A DNA stretch of 64,000 bases from positions 3,680,001-3,744,000 of the forward strand of contig OY759353.1 of NCBI GenBank assembly GCA_963662315.1, in the 5' to 3' direction. Positions 57,303-64,000 of this stretch are shown here, in pieces (positions within the stretch are counted from its first letter, which is position 1; every line of letters begins with the position of its first letter). Position numbers and translations under genes: made by a program. The notes under the pieces are model-generated. The model was not told where the DNA came from. It worked only from the letters and a program-made list of their open reading frames with translations, and ran no database searches. The stretch is from Geopsychrobacteraceae bacterium. GTDB taxonomy: Bacteria > Desulfobacterota > Desulfuromonadia > Desulfuromonadales > Geopsychrobacteraceae.

Positions 57303-57507
57303 TGCGACAGCCTTTGTTCCTTGGTATTAAAAGTGTGTAACTGTAGACACGATAGATTGATAAGTGTCGGAAGCGACGGGGTTCTAACGTTCGAATGTTG
57401 ACTCTTGCCAGCGAATCTGGCGGCCATATTGACCTGAAGAGTTTGATTGCCTTGGAACCTCGAGCATAAAAATTTCCCGTCCGCCTCCGACTGTGTAACT
57501 GTATTCA

Positions 57508-57536
57508 CATATAATCGCATGTGCGATTTTTGTCAA
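57508..57536. promoter_or_regulatory. overlapping lytic/lysogenic promoters with a palindromic operator
   Basis: Minus strand TTGACA-17-TATATG; plus-strand TATAAT at 57510-57515; palindrome aatcgca-tg-tgcgatt at 57513-57528. Confidence 0.65.
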
Positions 57537-58021
57537 TGGGAAAATTGCATTTGAAAGAATTAAAACCTGCAGATGAAATTATTTCCAGACTTCATGTTGC
57601 CTATGGAATCGAGGAAAAACGCGGATCCCTAAAGGTTTTAGGTGAGAATCTCGGCGTATCCGGAAGCGTCATAAGCGGGTGGCGGGACAGAGGTGTCCCT
57701 GACGAAAAAATCGCACGCGCAACAATTGATACTGGTTTCATAGAAATATGGATCAAAACCGGCGAAGGTCCGACGCATAAAAAAGCGGCCACCAATCGAG
57801 ATACAAGCTACGTTCAACAACTTGACAAAAGAGAAGCCAGACTACTGGATGTTTTTAGGCAGCTTGATCCAGGAAGGAAGGATCGTCTCATGGAAACCGC
57901 GGAGGATATGTTGGCAGTCGTACTTGCTCTAGAAGGCAAGGCCAAGGAGGAGGGTGGGGAAGACAAACAAAGGAAATCGAAGCTTAAGATTTCCGATCCC
58001 GATATGGGAGGATTCTTTTAA
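57536..58021 (+). CDS. CI-like prophage repressor (no S24 autoprotease domain seen)
   Basis: LGENLGVSGSVISGWRDRGVP HTH and WIKTGEG motif; divergent from cro. Start uncertain. Confidence 0.8.
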   Translation: MGKLHLKELKPADEIISRLHVAYGIEEKRGSLKVLGENLGVSGSVISGWRDRGVPDEKIARATIDTGFIEIWIKTGEGPTHKKAATNRDTSYVQQLDKREARLLDVFRQLDPGRKDRLMETAEDMLAVVLALEGKAKEEGGEDKQRKSKLKISDPDMGGFF

Positions 58022-58061
58022 CTATTACCTGACCAGCTCATTGACTATAGGAGTCTATTAT

Positions 58062-58418
58062 TTGGAACAGGATATTTTATATTTCAAATCGCCTGGAGAA
58101 GCGCTTGAGTTCGCTTGTGAGTTTCTTAACTGCAGGACTCAAAAAGGTGACACACTGCCGGCAGTCATCACCGCGATCGAAACCGTACCCGCAGGATTCA
58201 CCAGATTATCAATCCCAACGGGAAAAGGCTGTGTCGAAATCTCCTGCATCCAATCCGCGCAAGGGCCAAAGAAATTAAACAAGGGTGATTTTGTCGCATT
58301 TCATATCGATGAAGAGCTCTTCCCTGGGAGTTCGCCTAAGAGTCTTGTCGGTACCATTGTTGCCAAGCTCAAACCTGAATTTGACACCCAGAAGGGGTGG
58401 GCTGTGTTTGGGGAATAA
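58062..58418 (+). CDS. hypothetical lysogeny-operon protein
   Basis: AGGAG RBS with TTG start; between repressor and integrase. Confidence 0.6.
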   Translation: MEQDILYFKSPGEALEFACEFLNCRTQKGDTLPAVITAIETVPAGFTRLSIPTGKGCVEISCIQSAQGPKKLNKGDFVAFHIDEELFPGSSPKSLVGTIVAKLKPEFDTQKGWAVFGE

Positions 58419-58432
58419 TTAGAGAGGAATTG

Positions 58433-58849
58433 ATGTTTGACTTATTTAATGAAGCAAACAATCCTTTGCCACTTCCTGTCTACACTGAAAAAACTTCTAC
58501 TTTAGGATGGATCATGCACGGAACGGATGGAGATGTTCTTTCTGGATTGGTATTAGGTATATGTGCTGGAACGGCAATTGTTTCGCTCCTATCAATATGG
58601 ATATGCCTTCTTGGAATGTCACGAAATAGAGTATCGACTTGCATGGGGTTGATGATTAATCCGATCATGCAAATAGCACTAATTATCTTTGCATGGATTG
58701 GTGTTATTCAGTCGTTTAGTCCACACTGGAACTACTATGCACGATACAGCTTCATTATTCCGTTCATAATAACGTTCGCAATTACTTATTTTTTATCAAA
58801 TTCAAAAATCCTTTATTACAAATCAATCCTATTTGATACTGATTACTAA
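58433..58849 (+). CDS. AT-rich membrane protein (moron / superinfection-exclusion candidate)
   Basis: GAGG RBS; three hydrophobic segments. Confidence 0.6.
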   Translation: MFDLFNEANNPLPLPVYTEKTSTLGWIMHGTDGDVLSGLVLGICAGTAIVSLLSIWICLLGMSRNRVSTCMGLMINPIMQIALIIFAWIGVIQSFSPHWNYYARYSFIIPFIITFAITYFLSNSKILYYKSILFDTDY

Positions 58850-58851
58850 AA

Positions 58852-60021
58852 GTGGGCGTTAAAGCTAAAAAAGATAAAGACGGGAATATCATTCCTGGAG
58901 TTTGGAAGATCGATTACCGACCAAACGGCCGAAACGGTAGGCGAGTGATCCGCGACTATGGTTCTCCGGAGGACCCTAGGACTGAATCAGAAGCCCTAGA
59001 ACTTCACATGGAGCTTGTCCGTCATTCCAGGCGCGAACCGGTACCGATCACTAACCCTAAATTCTATGATCTACTTTCTGACTGGAAGGCTGAATATGCT
59101 AATAGCCATGCATCGAGCACAGTCAAGGATCTGAATCACTGCCTGGTTCACCTGGTGAAGTTTTTCGGAAAGCTGTACGTTTCTGAAATTACTCACTCCA
59201 TTATTGAACGATACAAAGCGGCCAGGCTGAAAGATAAGCACCTGATCCGCAAGAAAGACGAGAAAGACGAAGACTTTCTGGCCAGGCGTGAGAAAGACGG
59301 CAAGCCGATCACTAAGCGCACCATCAACAAAGAGCTTTCTTATCTTTCAGCGTTTTTGACCTGGGCAGAAGAGAACCGTTACTCATCGATTCCTCCAAAG
59401 GTAAAGCTGTTTCCGATCAAGCAAACCAAAGCAGCTGCTCCACGCCCTCTTCATCCGGAAGAAGTCAATGCAATCCTCGAACACCTGGAGAAACATTACC
59501 ACCTGGTGTTTCTGCTTTATAACGATGCCGGCCTGCGCCGATCGGAAGCTCTTGGCGGTGGACAGTACGAAGGATTGCGGTCCCGCGATATCGATCTGAA
59601 ATTCGGTGTGATTTATGTTCGCGGAAAGGGAGACAAGGAAAGGATCGTTCCGATCACAACTAACCGTTTAAGAACGGCCCTGGAGGAAACAATCAAGACA
59701 GTTAAAAAGGATGACTTCCTGTGCGTCAATCCGAAAACAGGAAAGCCCTGGTACAGTATTCGTAAAGCATTAACCCGGGCAGCAGAAAACGCCGGCATTA
59801 ATCGCCGGGTCTATCATCACCTTCTTCGGCATAACTTCGGAACCCATGCAACAGCTGCAGGGATTAACTTAAGAAGTGTCCAGGAGATGATGGGCCATAG
59901 CACAATCAAGACGACAGAGATCTACACGCACATGGCGCCGTACCTGCAGACCGAAGCTGAAAAGTTTTCAAAGTTTGTGGAAACTGAAACCACCGTGGAA
60001 AATGACAGCGAGAACAAGTAG
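58852..60021 (+). CDS. int: prophage tyrosine integrase
   Basis: GLRRSE, GKGDKER, HLLRH, MGH, IYTH motifs; ends 36 bp before the right att core. Confidence 0.93.
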   Translation: MGVKAKKDKDGNIIPGVWKIDYRPNGRNGRRVIRDYGSPEDPRTESEALELHMELVRHSRREPVPITNPKFYDLLSDWKAEYANSHASSTVKDLNHCLVHLVKFFGKLYVSEITHSIIERYKAARLKDKHLIRKKDEKDEDFLARREKDGKPITKRTINKELSYLSAFLTWAEENRYSSIPPKVKLFPIKQTKAAAPRPLHPEEVNAILEHLEKHYHLVFLLYNDAGLRRSEALGGGQYEGLRSRDIDLKFGVIYVRGKGDKERIVPITTNRLRTALEETIKTVKKDDFLCVNPKTGKPWYSIRKALTRAAENAGINRRVYHHLLRHNFGTHATAAGINLRSVQEMMGHSTIKTTEIYTHMAPYLQTEAEKFSKFVETETTVENDSENK

Positions 60022-60057
60022 TTGAAAAACAATATGCTTTCAAAGTCTAACCTAAAT

Positions 60058-60103
60058 CTGAAAATCCTCGTGTCGGCAGTTCGATTCTGTCTCTGGGCAC
60101 CAT
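60058..60103 (+). repeat. right att core (46 bp; duplicated tRNA-Phe 3' half)
   Basis: Identical to 25394-25439. Confidence 0.95.
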
Positions 60104-60111
60104 GAAATTTC

Positions 60112-60144
60112 AAAGGGTTACGTCATTTGACGTAGCCCTTTTTT
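60112..60144. terminator. tRNA-type terminator after the right att core
   Basis: aaagggttacgtc-attt-gacgtagcccttttt. Confidence 0.7.
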
Positions 60145-60148
60145 CGTT

Positions 60149-61222
60149 TCAAGAGCCCAAACTGTGTAGTAAATGTGAAGTAGACCCGCCCTTAAGCTTC
60201 TCATTTAGCAGATCTACAGCGGCAACTTTGTGCGATGGGGCAAGGTGAGCATACCGTAGCGTCATCGATAATGTTTTGTGGCCCAAAAGCTCCTTGACGG
60301 TCGTAATATCTACTCCAGCCATGACAAGATGGGAGGCAAAAGTATGCCTCAGGTCATGAAAGCGAAAATCCTTGATCCCTGATCTGCGTAGAGCAGAATA
60401 GAACGACCGCTTTAGGTCGCCCCATTTTCTACCAGTCTTGGGATCATAAAATACCCAAGGGACATCCAACCTCCGAACCTGTTTGCTCAGAGCTTCCCTG
60501 ACTGTACTATTAATAGGGATCTCACGCCGCTCATTATTCTTCGTATCAATGAGCAGAATAAATCCATGCTTCAGGTCGATATTCTCATCCCATTTAAGCT
60601 TTAAGATTTCCTGCTTACGCATACCTGTGTTCAAAGCTACCTGCACCACCGGCTGCAAATGAGTATCACAATTATGGACCAGACAATGGGCTTCATCCTG
60701 AGCCAGATAGCGGAGCCTGCGATTATTCTCTTTAAGTAGCTTTACTTTCCGAACCTTCTTGAGGTACTCCTCCTCAACCATTTCCCACTCCTCCGCCTTA
60801 GTGAACATGTGCTTCAGAGTTGCCAGGAGCCGGTTAACGGTTGCAGTCTTATTTCTTTTCAATCGCTCGGTCTGAAAATCTTCTACGATTTTCGTACTGA
60901 ACCGCCTAAGCTGGAGATCCCCGAAACGATCAACAAGCTGCTTGACCTTGCGAGTCTTATTGACCACATCCTTTTGACGTGTGATCCAAACGAGATACTC
61001 CTCAGCTAATTCCCTGAAGGTATAATTCTTGATTACCTTCACCTCAGGCACTTTCCCCTCAAGCACATCCTGACGATGTTTATTCAGAATCACCTGAGCT
61101 TCTTTGTAATTTGTCGTTCCACTACTTTTGCGAATTGTCCTTCCAGAGAGATCCTGGTAGGCAATCCAATAAAATTTACTTCCTGCTCTTTTTGTAATGC
61201 CTTGCATTTTGGTCTTGGCCAC
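60149..61222 (-). CDS. int: tyrosine integrase of the second element
   Basis: TGMRKQE, TKNN, FHDLRH, LGH, RYAH motifs; AAGGAG RBS with GTG start. Confidence 0.93.
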   Translation of the reverse strand: MAKTKMQGITKRAGSKFYWIAYQDLSGRTIRKSSGTTNYKEAQVILNKHRQDVLEGKVPEVKVIKNYTFRELAEEYLVWITRQKDVVNKTRKVKQLVDRFGDLQLRRFSTKIVEDFQTERLKRNKTATVNRLLATLKHMFTKAEEWEMVEEEYLKKVRKVKLLKENNRRLRYLAQDEAHCLVHNCDTHLQPVVQVALNTGMRKQEILKLKWDENIDLKHGFILLIDTKNNERREIPINSTVREALSKQVRRLDVPWVFYDPKTGRKWGDLKRSFYSALRRSGIKDFRFHDLRHTFASHLVMAGVDITTVKELLGHKTLSMTLRYAHLAPSHKVAAVDLLNEKLKGGSTSHLLHSLGS

Positions 61223-61252
61223 TACGGCTCCTTTCCTCAGACTACCTCAACA

Positions 61253-61435
61253 TCAGTTACCAAGATCCCGACTGACGTAGCCCAGCAACAGCTGAAGTGA
61301 TTTACTCGGTTTCTTCACCCCTTTTTCTAGGAGATAAACATAGTTGGTAGATACGCCGATTAGCTCGGCCAGCTCTGCTTGAGTTAAGTGGTTACTTTCT
61401 CTAAGCTTTTTAATTTCTACCGATGCCCATTCCAT
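61253..61435 (-). CDS. XRE-family HTH regulator (probably leaderless mRNA)
   Basis: LTQAELAELIGVSTNYVYLLEKG; TATAAT ends 6 nt before the ATG. Confidence 0.85.
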   Translation of the reverse strand: MEWASVEIKKLRESNHLTQAELAELIGVSTNYVYLLEKGVKKPSKSLQLLLGYVSRDLGN

Positions 61436-61531
61436 ACAAACATTATACCCTAACTGAGTTAGATATAGGAGTTATTTTTACTTCACAATCTACTTCACAT
61501 ACATCTATAAGATATTGTTTTTACGTATGGT

Positions 61532-61885
61532 TTAATGGTAGGCCGAGGATTCACAATCCTCGTTTCGCTTACGAAGCTCCCAGAGTTTACGAGTCGCTGA
61601 ATTGGACTCAAATGGTTGGCTCGTAGATGAGCGCAACCACTTTTCAATCTCACCTCTTAGGAATCGCAGGTTCTTACCTGCACGGGTCACCGGGATGGCA
61701 TTGGCTTTGACCTGCTTATAAACCCAATCACTACTCACCTGAAGATACTCAGCAAGCCCATCGACCGTCATCACACCATTTTCTTCCTTAGCTTTGTTGA
61801 TATTCAACTTTGCCGTCAACATCGCAACAATCTCACCGACCAGTAGCTCACGGTCAGTGTCACTTAGTTTGAAATCTATCGTCAT
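61532..61885 (-). CDS. excisionase-like HTH (HTH_17/MerR-like) protein
   Basis: MTVDGLAEYLQVSSDWVYK.....IP..R.G..LRF...EIEKWL. Confidence 0.8.
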   Translation of the reverse strand: MTIDFKLSDTDRELLVGEIVAMLTAKLNINKAKEENGVMTVDGLAEYLQVSSDWVYKQVKANAIPVTRAGKNLRFLRGEIEKWLRSSTSQPFESNSATRKLWELRKRNEDCESSAYH

Positions 61886-61994
61886 AAATACTTTCTTTAT
61901 GCCCACGAGGGGGCGGGGGCTAAACTGGCTCGACCATCTACTTTATTTTCCCACTCTTATCCCCTCGCGGAGTAAAAAATTAAACACTATATAG

Positions 61995-62945
61995 TTAGTG
62001 CAGCGATTGCTCCTGAAGCTTACGCTCGCCTGACTCAACCATCTCCTGAAATACGTGCGGTCCAAATTTTCTAGCTGCTCGCGCAAGCACCTTATCGTAT
62101 CCGTTGAGAAACCAATCAAGGTCATCTTTTGGCGGTTCGCTACGAATGTGAAAGCTTGACTTAGGCCCCTGATCGAGAAACAACTGCCACCATGGCTCCA
62201 CTGGCCAACGGGAACGATTGTTGTCTTCTGTCGGCCTCCGAAATGATAGATAGCTTGACAGAATCCCCCAAAACTGATTGCCTAATGAGACGCCGGACAG
62301 CCAATCCTTCACGACCTGTTGTGCAACCTCCGCTTTGAGCTCCAACTCAACCCGCAACCAGTGGAAATCCTCGCCTTGCTGCAGTGCCTTATCATAGAAA
62401 CGGATAGAGACTTTACTCGTTCGGGAACCAAATCGCACAATCTGTCCAGTCAGTTCACCGGTTTGTGAATGATAAAAACTCTCAACTCGCGGGGCCTTTC
62501 TGAACTTGGAAACACAGCCTCCCGTGCCGAGCGAAGATACAATTTCATTAAGATCCAGAACACCAACTGGCTCATCCAGAGTAAGATCCAATCGAGAAAA
62601 CTTTGCGTCATGCCACAGGGCCCAATCCATAAGTTCACGCAGATCTTCCTCGTATCGATCACAAGCCTTTCCAGTGATTTCAAGATGAGGCCCCATACCT
62701 TCGTGTCCGCCCGCAACAGCTAAACGAACAGTCTTCCCTTCATTGCGGTACGACTGATGATAGCCATTCATTCCTGGAGATAAGATCAGATGATCTGGGT
62801 GAATAAGCTCCTGGAGCTTTCGCTCCAGAAGTTCCACCTGCACTTCCGGTGGAAAGGACATGGCTAGCCAGTCAACAAAGGGGCCTGTATGACGGGGGCT
62901 GCAGATACCTACTCCTACTGCATCAGCATGGATGTCAACTGACAT
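61995..62945 (-). CDS. Rep_trans-family rolling-circle initiator / MOBT-like relaxase
   Basis: DWL, SRLDLTLD, FGSR, RFYDK (catalytic Tyr position), WLRVELE motifs. Confidence 0.85.
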   Translation of the reverse strand: MSVDIHADAVGVGICSPRHTGPFVDWLAMSFPPEVQVELLERKLQELIHPDHLILSPGMNGYHQSYRNEGKTVRLAVAGGHEGMGPHLEITGKACDRYEEDLRELMDWALWHDAKFSRLDLTLDEPVGVLDLNEIVSSLGTGGCVSKFRKAPRVESFYHSQTGELTGQIVRFGSRTSKVSIRFYDKALQQGEDFHWLRVELELKAEVAQQVVKDWLSGVSLGNQFWGILSSYLSFRRPTEDNNRSRWPVEPWWQLFLDQGPKSSFHIRSEPPKDDLDWFLNGYDKVLARAARKFGPHVFQEMVESGERKLQEQSLH

Positions 62946-63283
62946 TTAAACTCCTCCAAATAGAACCTCTTGATAACACTTATCATATCTATCAACACCG
63001 CTTGATCTGATCCTTTGAATAGGTCTTCCACCAGAAGTTCACGAGATGTAGTTGTACTGTTAATCTCATCAGGGATATCAATTATCTCCCTTGGATCTAT
63101 GCGTTCGCTCAAAACAGCTGCAACAATTAATCCGGTCAGCTCATCTGACTCGGCAAACGAAAGCCAATCCTCAAATGACGAGAATTCCACGCCTTTTTCA
63201 TTTACGATGTTTAGAGCCTTTATCAGGCTGTCGTTATCCTTACCAGATGCAGGTAGGGACTCGGATACCTCATTTTGCATCAA
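62915..63283 (-). CDS. acidic hypothetical protein
   Basis: AAAGGA RBS; overlaps the rep start. Confidence 0.5.
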   Translation of the reverse strand: MMQNEVSESLPASGKDNDSLIKALNIVNEKGVEFSSFEDWLSFAESDELTGLIVAAVLSERIDPREIIDIPDEINSTTTSRELLVEDLFKGSDQAVLIDMISVIKRFYLEEFKCQLTSMLMQ

Positions 63284-63660
63284 ATAGTTCCTTTCTAATT
63301 TTTTCTGTATCTCAGGTACTTTAATAATGTAGTCCTGAAATACGCGTTAATATGTTGGTGACTAAGCAGTTAAGTCACCGGTGCAATGTTTTAGAATAAA
63401 GCTGACCCATGTAGTCGAAGCGACATCGAAAGACTATTCAGTTTTCTAATGTCGAAGCGAATATATTGGGATAGGTAACTCCATCTCTTAAAAAGATAAT
63501 TCACTTTTTCATTTCTATACCTCCTCCCTATAAAGCGATTTAAGAGCCTCCCACACTCTCGCCCGGCCTATTTTCTAGAAACATTTTACTTCTTGGATGA
63601 TTTCATATAACCAATATCAAACTTCAGGGAAGATATTCCGTTTAGAGATTGAATCAGTCT

Positions 63661-64000
63661 TTACTCACCGTAAACACATTCAATAAAACGGTTCAAAATA
63701 TCTTTACCGCGCTTAGTAAGATAAACAGCATGAACTTTCCTGTTATACAAATCTGGCTCTACTCTGAGAAGGTCATGACCAGCTTTCTTCTTTTCTACAA
63801 GACCATCATTTAGTTCTTGAGCCGTCGGTTCACGCATGTACAAAGAAAGTTTCTTAACGCTTCTAGAGACAACACCTTGTTGGATCCCCAGTTCCTCCTC
63901 CAGTTGAGGCATTGTTATACCTTCGTTATTTGCAACGGTGAGAAACAGTAATAAGTGCTGCGATGGAAAGTCATTCGCGATTTCGTCTCTTACAAATCGC
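63661..64000 (-). CDS. MarR-like winged-helix regulator (5'-truncated by window edge)
   Basis: Frame open to the window edge: FPSQHLLLFL.VA..EGITM.QL...LG..Q..VSR...D..N.K...VYLT.RG. Confidence 0.75.
   Translation of the reverse strand, partial: RFVRDEIANDFPSQHLLLFLTVANNEGITMPQLEEELGIQQGVVSRSVKKLSLYMREPTAQELNDGLVEKKKAGHDLLRVEPDLYNRKVHAVYLTKRGKDILNRFIECVYGE

Larger units (their letters stand above)
60104..64000. mobile_element. second integrative element in tandem at tRNA-Phe (satellite/IME-like), extends beyond the window
   Basis: Integrase ending 45 bp from the att core, XRE and excisionase-like HTHs, Rep_trans initiator, MarR-like regulator. Confidence 0.8.

Noticed and set aside
25500..60021. 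Diversity-generating retroelement, expected by analogy with BPP-1
   Set aside because: No reverse transcriptase ORF (no YxDD RT motif set) and no template/variable repeat pair seen; the receptor-binding protein ends in an SGNH domain.
60058..60103. Second tRNA-Phe gene
   Set aside because: Only the 3' portion from the anticodon loop onward is present; it is the att duplication.

Overview
The window has three parts. (1) 1-25438 is chromosomal housekeeping DNA of what looks like an anaerobic deltaproteobacterium (Desulfuromonadales-like, inferred from gene content). It carries dnaX(partial)-ybaB-recR, pyruvate:ferredoxin oxidoreductase, an AEC transporter, an AlaA-like aminotransferase plus glutamate-cysteine ligase, tkt, uppP, serA, mglBA, mqnBD, serC, DAHP synthase, tRNA-Asn and tRNA-Phe. 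It also contains two unannotated leader-peptide attenuators (one Ala-rich, one Phe/Tyr/Trp-rich) and a candidate anti-Shine-Dalgarno sRNA. (2) 25394-60103 is an apparently complete ~34.7-kb temperate podovirus prophage with a BPP-1/T7-like virion module, integrated in tRNA-Phe between exact 46-bp direct repeats. (3) From 60104 to the window edge is a second, tandemly integrated element with its own tyrosine integrase, HTH regulators and a Rep_trans-type initiator. The most striking signal is in the prophage head module: the scaffold, the major capsid protein and the putative decoration protein all carry the same N-terminal leader motif [FC]-P-x-[IV]-x-D-L-x-A-R-(DG|GD). The decoration protein also has a membrane-anchor-like segment, and a small papain/C39-like cysteine peptidase is encoded just upstream of the head genes. 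Together these suggest an undescribed leader-cleavage head-maturation system. Other highlights: a copy of the tail-fibre attachment domain inside the terminase, a DnaA-box plasmid-like origin with a second recombinase, and pseudoknotted non-coding segments. All family assignments were made by eye from motifs; no database searches were run.
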